Assembly: GCA_051294905.1 (NCBI GenBank)
Contig: CM119381.1
Span: 21,824,001-21,888,000, forward strand
From: Botryllus schlosseri
Lineage: Eukaryota
Direction: 5' to 3'
Length of the DNA: 64,000 nucleotides
This document shows positions 30,036 to 41,630 of the stretch, piece after piece. A program made the position numbers and the translations under genes. The notes beneath the pieces were generated by a model. The model saw only the letters and a program-made list of their open reading frames with translations, ran no database searches and had not been told where the DNA came from. How positions within the stretch are numbered: the stretch's first letter is position 1; each line of letters starts with the position of its first letter.

Positions 30036-30494
30036 TAGGCTTACCATACGTCCTCTTTTAAGAGGATTTGTCCTCTTTTTTGACTTTTTTGAAAGTGTCC
30101 TCGGAGGACGCCCTTTTGTCCTCTTTTTTGAGATTTTGTCCTCTTTTTTGAAAATTTAGGTCAGATTTAGAGGAAATTGCGAGTGATATGCCGTAAATTA
30201 GCGCAGAAGTGAAGCTCCGGCGGGTATTTCGGAGGGAAAAGTGGTGATTTCAGCTCTGAGCGAAAAGAAGACCTTTTTTTTCTAGTCATCCACCTAGCAA
30301 TGTGGAGTGAAAAACGTGTTATTGAGCTCTGAGCGGAAGTGATGACCTTTTTTTTTTTTTTTTTTTTTTTTTTAGTCAACCGATCATGAAGCGGGTGAAA
30401 TTTACCTGTTTTTGAGAATTCTTCTCCAGTTTTGCTTGTCTGAAATTTCTGAAAAAGTGTCCTCTTTTTTCATTTCCGAAATATGGTAAGCCTA
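30036..30494. mobile_element. hAT MITE with GTCCTCTTTT repeats and a 26-T run
   Basis: TIRs TAGGCTTACCATA / TATGGTAAGCCTA. Perfect TSD TCATAATC. Confidence 0.93.
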
Positions 30495-30547
30495 TCATAA
30501 TCCCATTCACCAATTCCATCCAACGCTATTTTACTGAACCTCCCAAT

Positions 30548-31058
30548 AAGGGTTGTAACCAAGTCACTGGATTCGGACTTCCGAGTCACAAGTCAATTTG
30601 CCTTTTATCGCATCGATTCGAGTCAAGTCGAGTCATTTTCACTTCACCACCGAGTCAAGGCCGATTCCAAGTCAGGGAGCAACGGGTCGGGTCCGATTCA
30701 TAGTGTTAAGACTCGAGTCCGAGGCCAAGTCATAGAGTTTACTGTTCTGTATCGAGTTCAAAACAGGTTCACTCACTCTCAGGTAGTATCGAAGGTGTCG
30801 AATTCATAATGTACTGATTTTTCTCACTTTAAACAGTTTAATGCAAACAGATAAAAGACAGCCTATTTTTCCATTTTCGGTCCTGATACAAGAAACTTGC
30901 ATAAGTCACGTAGAATGTGTGAACTGTGGAGTCATGCGCGATGACTCAAGTAGGTCTGGAAGTCGAATCAATACACAAATTGACTCGAGTAGAGTCAAGT
31001 CAAGTCAACGAAAAATCGCTACTCGAGTCGATTCATGACTCGAGTCATTACAACCCTG
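30548..31058. mobile_element. hAT MITE with GAGTC/GACTC repeats
   Basis: TIRs (A)AGGGTTGTAA / TTACAACCCTG. Perfect TSD CTCCCAAT (30540-30547, 31059-31066). Short related GAGTC-rich remnants near 6470-6500 and 9595-9660. Confidence 0.87.
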
Positions 31059-32143
31059 CTCCCAATTTTCTTGAGGATAGCCCATAGCATAAAAACACCC
31101 TTCGCAGAAATACCCATACATCGCATGAATGATATCAAGCGCACCGCAATGCGAGGCTGTCCATGGTCCAAGACCTGCGACATGAGCCATAATCATTGAA
31201 GCGTACGATCAGTGATGCAAAGGAGCACTCATAAGTACCAAAATACGACGAAATGGCAAGGGCGTAGCCAGACAAAATGCTTGGGAGGGGCAAAAATTCG
31301 ATGACGTAAATGAGCCTCCCACCCCTTAAAGATAAGTAAAAAAGAGGTAAAATACGATGGTCTTGGGCTCTTATTGGATGATTAACACAACATCTGGGGC
31401 GATTGTTGTACACATATTCCACTCACAGACATAAAGTGATGTGGTAAACGATTGTTGAAATCTCGGACGTCAACACAACTTTTTCATGGTTGATGAATGA
31501 AATCGGTTCGTTATATTGTTACTTGCATATAGAAAATACGTTTTTATTATCAGATTTACCGGTAGGGCTGATAGAAGTGGTGTCATCAAACATTCAGTGG
31601 GCACTTAATTACTCATCTTGAACTATATGTTGATACCACACGGCAGACTATTATGAATTTCTATAGGGTGGGCGACGGGCGGTACAGCTGTCATTTATTG
31701 CTGTTACTTCATGAATTGCGGAGAAAGCTGTCACCAATAAAAAAATCGCTCGCTCACTCACTCGCAAGGCCGTAGCGCCACGTAGCCAGAGCTTGGGGGA
31801 GGTCCCCCGTGGAATCACCTCACAGAACCGTACACCTTTTCATGGGAAATTTCATCACTACCCTTTTATACATACGATTCTTAGACGCACACACACATAG
31901 GCTACCCTATGGAAGCTTCCAGTTGCCAGCTATAGCTTGTATTAGGCGATCGTTTCAAGGACGAGCCCAAATCGCTGACATTAGGTGATGAACAATCGGT
32001 GTGAATTTCGGACCCAGTCACGCGGCGCGTGACTTTTTTTTTGAATAAATCAAAGAATTTGATCAATAATATTGGTGCGTGTCTGTGTAATTATAAGCAA
32101 GTTGTGGGCATTCTTATTAATTACTTCGTTGAAGCACGGTTAT

Positions 32144-32470
32144 TAGGGCTGTTCAGAAATAACTTTTTTTCAGGATTCCAGCCATTCACTGATTTAATTG
32201 TCAGGTTACCCTAAAAAAACGCTGCACACCAAATTTGGTTCAATTCTAACAAGTATACGACTCCGCAGATCCAATTAAAATTTTTAATTTATCAAGGAAA
32301 ATTATTAAAAAAATCAAATTTTTCTGTCAACCCCGTGAAATGGTTGAGCTGTATTGAAAGACGCTGCAAAACAAATTTGATTCAATTCCAACTAGTAGAA
32401 GCGGGGTTATTTGAGTTTTTCGTTGATAATTCTCGGATTATCCTTGATTGGTGGATAATACTGTATCTAC
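32144..32470. mobile_element. Interspersed repeat (MITE-like), homologous to ~41310-41630
   Basis: Shares AAACGCTGCACA(C/A)CAAATTTGG, AAAATTTT(T)AATTTAT and CCCC(G/A)TGAAAT blocks with the 41.3-41.6 kb copy. Boundaries are approximate. Confidence 0.55.
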
Positions 32471-33942
32471 TGGTAGGCCTATTGTTGTATTCTCATAATT
32501 GAGAATGCAGCTAAATTCAACTATGGGTATTTGTGTGGGATTTTTTTCGGTATACCGATGATAAAATGAAGACATGTATGGACTGGACACTAAATCGCGG
32601 CAAGCGCGAAGAAAAATTTAGGTTGCATACATCTGCCCCACAATACTGTAATAGGCCTATGTATTGATTTTACGAAAATTTTCCAAATATTTGGGGGAGC
32701 GATCGCCCCTTTCGCCCTCCCCTGACTACGCCAATGTAAAATGGGACTTCTCCCAAAATCTTAGGTGGCTTAAGATGCTACGTGGATTGTGTTTGACTCG
32801 GTATGCACCCACAAGAAATAACGAATTGATTCTGGACTAATAAACCGGTCGGTATCTATTAATGACTGCATTGTCGGAATAAAATCTAAAGATGCGGCAT
32901 AAGTAACGCTTGCTGCTTGAAATCACCGTAACATGTCTCTTATCCAATTGACACCACCGATGATGATGATATCGCAATACTTAGTTGACGTAGTTTCCAG
33001 TAGCTCTCACTACGCTTTGTCATGCCGCATCATAATTTGTCGCGTTCTGTGACAGATTGCTACGATCCTCCATACCATCGAGTTATTTATTATTAATTTG
33101 ATACTCGCCAAATAAAACATTACAATTTGAATACAAGTCTTTCTAACTCAGCGGTTGCTGACAAAACAGTACCGGTACTTATGTTGGCACGGTACAAAAC
33201 GTCGACTCGCAATATCCGCGTGGATCGTAGCCTAGGTGTGCCGAGCCGCAATATTCGTTACAGTAGAATTTGGTGCTCATTTTGTCTCATTCCCTTATGG
33301 TCCTACACCTTCAGCGGTGTTTTTTAAGTTGTAAAATCGTGCCATAATTGCCACACTTTATCTAAGATTTGAATATGGTATCAGCCACCAGCTAACCGCA
33401 TTTGAGAATGGGCCATAGCTAGAACGGAAATTGGCGGGGGTTGCAAATCGATAGCGACAAGGTAACGAATTGAATATATATATCGTGATGAAGCATGACA
33501 GCCATGTCACAATTTTTCGAAAGTTCTTCCCTCACGATGCAGTCTCATCTCAATCGCTATATTGTCTTCGCATATATGCCCAGTGCCCACTGTTCAAGGT
33601 TCAAGTTCAAGGACGAAAAATGAATGTAATCGTGATTATCTTTTCATCGTAATCTACCATTCAAAGTGCGGATTCTCTGACTACATCAAGATCGGCATGG
33701 TCGGGATTTCCGAAAGACTCGCGGGATATATTTCGGGTATTCCCTGTCGGGCCAATGCGTACTTCCGACGACATCTCACATTCCTGGATCTAATAAAACC
33801 TTGCCTGGCCTGTCTCCCTATCCCACTATACAGCGCTGATTTAAAGGCTCTGATCTGAAGTAATAACTATATACTTTTGGCGGCCATATAAAACAATGAA
33901 CCGTCCCGTTCGATCAGACGCAGCAAATCATTCATTATTATT

Positions 33943-33948
33943 TTTATT
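33943..33948 (-). terminator. Probable EHBP1 polyadenylation signal (AATAAA); 3' UTR about 33920-34675
   Basis: First minus-strand AATAAA downstream of the stop codon. The intervening sequence is UTR-like, including a short (TTG)n tract near 33995-34010. Confidence 0.5.
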
Positions 33949-34675
33949 GATCAAAAGAAAATTGGTGACCATGGACTTAAAAAATGAATATCGTCAACAA
34001 CAACAACAACAGAACTATGACCGATTGGCAAGGCCGCAAGGCTTCGACAGGAATACATATAATATAGAACATTCGATAGACTATTATTATTATCAACAAT
34101 TACTCAGAACAAAAAAGAATCCGCCGGGCGACTCGGAATGCAACCGGCCCGAGACGCGAAAGAAAAGTGACAAATTAACGCGCGCAAAACGGACGAAGAA
34201 TACACGCGGTATTACCGCGATCAATATTAGTGCTTCTAGATGGAAGTATAGCTAAATAAATTGAAGCGAATGAGAAATAGTATGCTGAGGTGCTAACGCG
34301 GCGCGAAATATCTGATGTTTCATATACAAACGTGAATACTTGGAGACTAATCATCACTGCGAAGTTGGTTTTTGGGTAGGCCTACTACGGGCAAAGCGCA
34401 GGTTATACATACGGGGTGGCAGTATAGTTCAAATAATATTGCTGTGAATGTTGAAACACACATCCATATACTACACTACACGAAAGACTGTAAGTTGACC
34501 GGTATTGACTCTTTTCGCCCTCGCAAAGGCAGTTGACACAAAAATGTAGAAACACTGTTAGTAACGCGAAAAGAAAACTGCTGCAGCGAAAAGAAAACAC
34601 GCTGTGAACAAGGAAACGGACGAAAGTTTGAACTGGGGGGCGTATATACGCGCACGGCTGGAGCGAGATTCAGCG

Positions 34676-34769
34676 TTACATAACGACGCATTTTTCTTGG
34701 TCTTGATCGAATACTTTCGGGATGTTTTCGTTCAGGCTCGTCTGCACGTGCATGTCGTCTTCCAACGCC
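34676..34769 (-). CDS. EHBP1: EHBP1 last coding exon: (M)ALEDDMHVQTSLNENIPKVFDQDQEKCVVM*
   Basis: Acceptor tctcgctttcgcag, 94 nt, TAA at 34676-34678. Ends in the CaaX box CVVM. EHBP1 proteins end in a CaaX box (human KCVLQ), which favours EHBP1 over MICAL/MICAL-L. Confidence 0.9.
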
Positions 34770-35410
34770 CTGCGAAAGCGAGATATTCGTTGATTTGGGG
34801 TAGTAGAGTAAATTATTTGGTTTCAGCATAGGCGGCCATCGTTCGAGGTCAGTTTGAAACCGGGATGCGAAAAGATGTGAAATCTAGCCTAGACCACTAC
34901 GGGAATGGGAATTAGCTTACAGCGGAATGTATCAATTGTTATCAAGTCTGCTGTCGAGATGATCCCTGCCTTGTGATAGATATAGACGGACGCTCCGTCT
35001 ACGAGTGGCCGTCCTGATTGGAGTCTGCAGCCACTATAAACAGTGCAGTAATATCCGGGAAAGCAGCCATGCTTAGAATTATAGTGCTCAAAATCAATGA
35101 TAATTATATTTTGAAATTTCCAATAAATCTCTTGAATCGACGCATGATGTGTATGCTTTACTGAGCAGCTATATCGTGACCTTATAGTGTACGAGCGGGA
35201 ATAAATTTTAAACATTGAAGATTTGTGATAACAGTTTCATTTTGAAACCAGACAACAGAGCAAAAGGGGTTGCCGACCGCTGTGGCAGTTGGCTGAGCGA
35301 TTAACGGGTCACCTATACAATCATGCATTGGTAGGCTAAGCCACCACGGTTACAGCAAAACGAACCAAACACTCCTGGAAAATGGCTACGAATGCGAACT
35401 GGAAACTTAC

Positions 35411-35525
35411 ATCTGCTCGTTCTCGCCAATCTGCTGACACAAACGGTCTCTTTCGTTGACCAACGCCACCAGCTCGTCCAGAAGCGAGGCCTCTTGCTCT
35501 TTATGGGCTTCGGTTTTGAGAGATT
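35411..35525 (-). CDS. EHBP1: EHBP1 exon, bMERB helix 3: (E)SLKTEAHKEQEASLLDELVALVNERDRLCQQIGENEQ(M)
   Basis: Acceptor gtgcatttag, donor GTAAGT, 115 nt (phase 1 to 2). LLDELVALVNxRD is essentially identical to the EHBP1 motif LLLDELVALVNKRD. Confidence 0.95.
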
Positions 35526-36736
35526 CTAAATGCACGATACGGAACACATTAAATCTGTGTGTAAGTTAGTTCATATTAGGAAAATTGCTGGCAATGCCAT
35601 TATGCGTGGCATTATGAACGATGCTTGTATCCAGAATGAAGCTAACTATTACAGGGTTGGGAAAAATGGTTGATAACCTAATTTGTAATATTTTAAATTT
35701 GAGAAACAGGAAGCTATTTTGCTTCAGAACTGCCAAAACTTCAGAACTCGCATAAATAGAATAACCGTCAGAGATGAAATATTCTACTGTGCAAACTCAT
35801 TCTAATTGCCAAATCGCAAATAGCCCAATCATACAAATATATTGCTGATTAGAGGTGTTCTGTTGGGGTTTTGGAAAAAATTGTTAGCAAAAATCTATTT
35901 TTTCCTGTGATAGGCCTATACATAACCGCTATTCCAGGATAACTTCAAGATGAGCTGCTAGATAGAAAATACGAGACTGGACGTTATATTGGTGCCATAT
36001 ATGTTGCGATGATACCCAGACGTCGCCGGAAGCGCTACCCGTTTTTATTACGTTCGCCATCACCTATCTTTGTGGAAACGTATTTTCGGCGCTCGCTCAT
36101 ATCAAATCGACGGCGAGGATTTTCAAGACACGGCCGCGGATTTCAAGAAATGGAGCTACAGAATTCGCTTTGAAATAATAAAAGTCTTCCCAAGTTCTAC
36201 ATAAATAGTAGTTGCTATTTTCAAGAAAGGTAATTTTGTAGCTGTTTATCACTGGCATAAGTTGATATTTGCACATAATGCACAAGACAGATAACGGTTG
36301 CACGATAATAGAGCTAAATTAACACTAAAACTTGGTGGTTGGGTGGGGGGGATCCGCGGGGGTCCGTGATAGGGCTATAGGCGATGACAGGAAAAAAATG
36401 GTAACTACACTTGATAATATAAAATCATTTAAAATTTGTAAACACTGACATGACATCGAGTTCTCTACCCCACTTCACAAAAATTTCGCTACGGTAAAAC
36501 ATCCCTAATGCCCATGCCCAGGCTAGTGTCAGCCCTACTTACTACAATCTGCCTAACGGCGCCAAACCCACACCTGACCGTGGGCGACAATACTATAACT
36601 TTCGCTTTCTATAACGTCAAATCGTGACTGAGAACTATTCAAATTACAGTCGCAAATCGACCGTCTCTAATTTTAAACGTCTGGTAGCGAAATGTATCAC
36701 GTCAACATGCATTAAATGACAACAGCTAAGGACGAC

Positions 36737-37110
36737 TACGGCTTGAGGAAAATCGAGTGAATGTGTGTTCAATCCTGAAGCGAGTATATTAGACATCGGG
36801 TCGAGTCAAATATCACTCATTGTAACGTCATAAGAGTATGAAAGATGTGGAACGTTCAAATATGTACCTTTATCCAACCACAAAGAATATAGTACCAGTT
36901 GTACACCGCGTAAAGGTAATTTGTAGCCTTATAATTCATGTTCCACATGCTTTGATACGACCAATCGAAGTTTCAAGGCCTCCGCAGTGCAAAATACTAT
37001 CGAAACTACAATTTTCTTTGACAGGTTACCTTTTAGTGGCATGCGGCGTACGAGATCAGTACTCGACAAAATAGTCTCTCGCTGTGCTCGAATCATTGTA
37101 TCCACCCCTA
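36737..37110 (-). mobile_element. Old inverted copy 3 of the TAGGGCTGGGC MITE family, in an EHBP1 intron
   Basis: Reverse complement aligns to the internal blocks of copies 1 and 2. Termini are eroded. Flanks AGGACGAC vs ACGATGAC (6/8). Confidence 0.7.
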
Positions 37111-37440
37111 ACGATGACCAACAGTATACGCGTAGAATCGACTGATCTATTTTTATTTCGTCGAATTTCATCCTTGAAAAAGACCCGCCGAACCACGCCG
37201 ATTACTTCACCCACACGCCAGTAACTAACGACAATCGAAAGCGTACGGATCACAGCATTAAAACAACACAAACGTGAACAGCTTGATAACCACAGCGCGC
37301 GTACGGCAATATAGACAGGCCGCGTGTACCGTGACAAGAAGAATAGTTTCTTATCTGGGTGGGCTGCGGGTTGAATAGAAAAGCTAGTTGTAACCCACCC
37401 CGACGATACAGTACGAACATATCGCACGCAGAGTTAAATT

Positions 37441-38161
37441 TAATCCCATTAATACGAATTCACGAGAACGGGACTGCGCCAGTAAGGCAAGCGACACCGG
37501 TAATAGGCTTAGAGCCAGATCTGAAGGCTCGATTGCCACTGAATATATTGCCTCGCCGAGGCCCGTTCTTAATTTCGTTAGTCGAGGATTAAAAGGCGAT
37601 TAGGTTGACATGGACAGTCCGGTAGCAGATGCCAGCCCAAAGCCGCGATACTGCCAAGTTTGGGGCAGATATACTAGAATTACGCCTTGTAACCCGGCGG
37701 ATAAGCCTGGATTTTCGGGCTCAAGGAATCAGCGAGCGCGCAGCCGCGCTCTCGAAAGACGCGCGCGTTTATCCCATTATTCGGCCTAAGCCTATATTCT
37801 TAATAACCGCAATCTTGTCTAGAATTTCGAAACGCAAGATCTCAGACCTTGCACGGCCGCATTGCGGGCAGAATTGTTTGGCAACAATTCGCATTTCATT
37901 ACGGAACGCTAATTATCGTGTAATTAAAGGCTTAGGCCAGCCCGGTCTATCGTAAGCCCAAATTAGCCTCGACATTGTGCGGGCTGCAACCGCCGACGAC
38001 AAGTGCGAGTATCGCCGACATACGGAGCGGACAGGCCTGGAAAATCGCGACATTCGCGTATCTGACCCGGAGCAGAAAACAGGATTAAATTCGCCCGGAA
38101 TTTCGTTCGGTTTCGGAGCCCTTTTCAATCCGGCGGGTGCCTAGCGCGCTGAAACTAAGCC
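37441..38161. promoter_or_regulatory. Candidate intronic enhancer rich in K50-homeodomain sites
   Basis: Three TAATCC/GGATTA, six TAAGCC/GGCTTA and two TAATTA sites in ~720 bp of CpG-rich non-coding DNA. Confidence 0.35.
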
Positions 38162-38417
38162 TATTATAGCAACCGTTAGCAGCGACAGCCGTTTGTTATT
38201 TGGAACGATGCGCGCGCAGTTTAATGAAAATCTTCGGAAACTAACACTGTCACGGTTCAACTGTGACGTCATAACGGTATAAATTGATTTATGCTCGACA
38301 ACTCATTTGGCGCCTCTCGGCTGACGACCGACTAATAAATCCAACACTACGGCAATGTTCGGATTCTTGAATTTAATGGAGTTTGGAATAAAGCCGCTCT
38401 TTGCGCATGATAGCGTG

Positions 38418-38585
38418 CGACACTTCGGGATGCAACACACGAGCATGTGGGTTAAATTACGGGTTACGGTAAGGCTTAGGGTTAGGATATAGGGGTTAAT
38501 TTCATGGCTATGTTTCGGATTAGGGTTAGTTGTTGGTTTATAAAGTCACATGCTGAAGTGGCGCACGCAGAGGTGTCCCATGCTC
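38418..38585. repeat. Degenerate telomere-like (GGTTAG/TTAGGG) hexamer tract inside short inverted motifs; probable non-autonomous element remnant
   Basis: GGGTTAAATTACGGGTTACGGTAAGGCTTAGGGTTAGG...ATTAGGGTTAG, flanked by GACACTTC/GAGGTGTC and GAGCATG/CATGCTC inverted pairs. Confidence 0.4.
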
Positions 38586-40167
38586 ATTGCTCAACTGTCG
38601 TTTTCTATTGTGTCGCATGCTCAATGCTCATATGTCGGTCAACCCTTCTTTGTGACTGCCAAAACGCTGTAAAATTAGTTGGAAGTTGGGACACTAGTCC
38701 GAAGAGAGGTTTTATTCCCGTTAATGCATCGTTTCTGTGACTGATCCAATGGTATATTTCGCAGAAGATAAATTTCCGAAAACAAAGCCTCTCAAAACAT
38801 TCAGTTTTTGCAGTTCCAGAAAATAGAAGGAAGAGCTCTTTCGGCCTAGTGCCTGAAGCAGAATGTAAAACAGCGAGAAAGCCGGCCCGCATCAAACCCA
38901 ACACATCAAGTGGGATTACTCCGCTCACTTGCTGCGTCACTCATCGAAAGCGCCGCCTCGACACAGAACCGACAACAAACACGCTGACTCACGACGCGCA
39001 AACTTGCGCGCGACACGCAAATCCCGCTCCCACAGCCCGCGGACCCCACAAGACTCGCCAGAACGCAGAGAACACAGATCAGAAGAGGCCGTTTTTGATG
39101 TCGGATCAAAATAGGGGAGGCGGAGACAGATTGTCTTGGTTTCTGACAGATGTTGCATCGCTATTTTTACGGGCGAAGTCGGCTTACATCAGGTGGGCTA
39201 TAGTGACGGGCGTAAAAAACAACAGGAGGTATTCCGTAATACCGTAGGGTACCGCTACTGCGCGCGCAGGCGCATTGAGCGCGCGTACCGCGGAATCATT
39301 GCCTTGCCTTGACCATGGAAAGCGAGGATGCCAAATCAGGCGTCGCGGCCAACACATTGCATTGAATATTACGCTTCGAGTCGAGTTTCCGTTACACACG
39401 GGCAAGCTATTATATTTATCTTCCATTCAACCTCAAATGATATATATCCAATTCAACTTCAACAGAAATAAATAAATTTCCTACGTGTCTGCCCTAAATA
39501 TGACATAACGCATGGCAGCGGTGCTGCCTGACCGCTACATCAAAGAAATGTCGAGAAATCAATAACGCAAAGGCACCGGTCTATAATACGACATCAAGAT
39601 GGATCAGATAGAAACTGTGAAAATCCCCAAAAGAGCGATTACTATAATCTTCCGCCCGTGTGGATTCCCTTACATTCACCACTAGCCTAGAAGCGATGCC
39701 TATACTACAAATCCGCAGCGCCGCATTAACTTAACATAAGCGGCTATTAAGGAAAGCAAACACGATCAGATAATACCGGCTACTTATCGCGTTAATCCCG
39801 ACGATAACAATGCGCCCCGACCCGAAACAGCTGAGTTTCAGAGCCGCCGTCACGACAAACTATCCCGGAATAGCTAAATTATTAATCATCCGCCGGCCGA
39901 GGGCGAAAAGTTGCCAACAACCTCGAGACTTATCGGCAATTAGCGGGATTTCGCTAATTCGAGATAAAGGCACGCGAACGATACGATGATTCACGATCTC
40001 ATTGGATCAGAATAAGAGTGGATTTGGATTTTTAAATGTTCTAACCGGGGTCGGATTTACGATGACTAGTGCCGACCCGGTTTAGCGCCTGCATGGCTAG
40101 GGAACTTGGGATGACATTCAACATGCACCCGATTTTCATACACATTTTGGTCGCAAAACAGGAATTC

Positions 40168-40580
40168 GAAATTAAATTTCTACACAAGTGCAAGTAGAGT
40201 TTGGGATATCCAAGTAAGTACTGAGTATTCTAGGTCCATAGTTTTGTTTAAAAAACGGAGAACAGAGATAGAAGTAAATTAAAATAATAGCCACTTGAGT
40301 CAGCAGAGTAAAGAAACAAACCTAAGCCTAAAACTAAGTCTAAAACTAAGCCTAAATCTAAGCCTAAACCTGAGCCAAAGCCTAAGTAAGTATTCTGGGC
40401 CTGGTTTTGCCCGAAAAACTGGAGACTGTGACGTGGAAGTACAATTTTTAGTCGCTATAAGTCCGCATTGAATATACACAGAGGTTATAAAAACAGTCAT
40501 CGTCGGTACCAGAGCAAAGGCGTACGTAGCGATTTCCAAGTACGTTTAAAAGTGAGTATTCTAGGCCTATAGTTTCGCCT
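40168..40580 (+). repeat. Diverged tandem triplication with ~165-bp period, containing a degenerate (CCTAAR)n tract
   Basis: The motif GTATTCT(A/G)GG recurs at 40225, 40390 and 40556. The sequence after it (GTTTTG...AAAAAC(T)GGAGA...GAAGTA(C)AATT) also aligns between units 1 and 2. Confidence 0.7.
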
Positions 40581-40818
40581 ATAAGTTATGCACGTTGATA
40601 AAAAGTAAAGCTATTTCGTTACTGGCCACCTTTGAAAGTATAATCAATCAGAACACTAATACAACAAAAGCAGCACAGCTTGTACAAGGTGTAAAGGGTT
40701 GCAGGTGAATTTCATCGGCACGAAAACCAATCAATAACTAACATCTGTCGACCCGCGCGGTCACGTCTGCGCGCGATCGGCGTCAGGTCGAGTTCAAAGG
40801 CACGCGAAACGCACAAAC

Positions 40819-40892
40819 CTTCCGTTTCCATGAACGGCCGCAGTCGCTTATTAACTTCCGCCATCTGCTTGTTCAGATCGTACTCTTGCTCC
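40819..40892 (-). CDS. EHBP1: EHBP1 exon: (K)EQEYDLNKQMAEVNKRLRPFMETE(E)
   Basis: Acceptor ttttcgtttttccag, donor GTTTGT, 74 nt (phase 2 to 1). Aligns to human EHBP1 EKEHDLERRYELLNRELRAMLAIE (sequence recalled, not searched). Phases match both neighbouring exons. Confidence 0.9.
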
Positions 40893-41309
40893 CTGGAAAA
40901 ACGAAAACGCGCTGTGAAGAAATACGTTTCGGAATACGCCACAACAGATACCGCTTGCGACGCCTGCTTTAGCGTTGAGTAGCGGGGAATAGTTGACCTC
41001 CGCCAGCTATCGACACTAGTGTGATTTTTTCGCGTACCGACACGGCTAAGATATTCCAGAACTGGTGTGATTTTTGACGCGATCGAAATATCCACAAGCG
41101 TCGTTTACAGTTTCTGAACTCACCACTTGCACGCGTGTGGCGAGCCTTATGTGCCTAAGTCGTTTTTTTGTACACGGTTAACACCATGGGTTGAGCCGCG
41201 CATCAGCTTAATGTGCTCTTCTAGCGGCCCTATTGCTTCCAAATGTACGTTTGAGTTGTTTATAGTAGTAGTATAATGCAAAAATGTGTATTAACGGAGC
41301 CATGTGTAC

Positions 41310-41630
41310 TGGGGTAGCTCAAAAATAACCTTTTCCTTCAACTTTTTCTGGCTAGTTGATCAAATTGTTGGGTTGACGAAGAAACGCTGCACAACAAATT
41401 TGGCCCAATTCCGACCTGCTGAAGAAAACAATTAGAATTCGAAAATTTTAAATTTATTAAAAAAATTATTTAATCTTTGCTGGTGACCCCATGAAATTGT
41501 TCAGTTGCATAAAAGAAACATACATAACAAATTTGTCACAATCCCAACCGATAGAAGAGACGTTATCGGATTACAAAATATCGGATTTGAAAAAGCAGTA
41601 TTTATGGTGGAAAATTCTTTAATTATTAAC
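41310..41630. mobile_element. Second copy of the 32144-32470 repeat family
   Basis: Block-wise similarity to 32144-32470. Boundaries are approximate. Confidence 0.55.

Noticed and set aside
40168-40580. CRISPR-like reading of the regularly spaced motif
   Set aside because: Eukaryotic context, only three degenerate units, the spacers are themselves homologous, and there are no cas genes.
40712-41095. 127-aa minus-strand ORF as a standalone gene
   Set aside because: Only 40819-40892 is coding (EHBP1 exon); the rest is read-through into introns.
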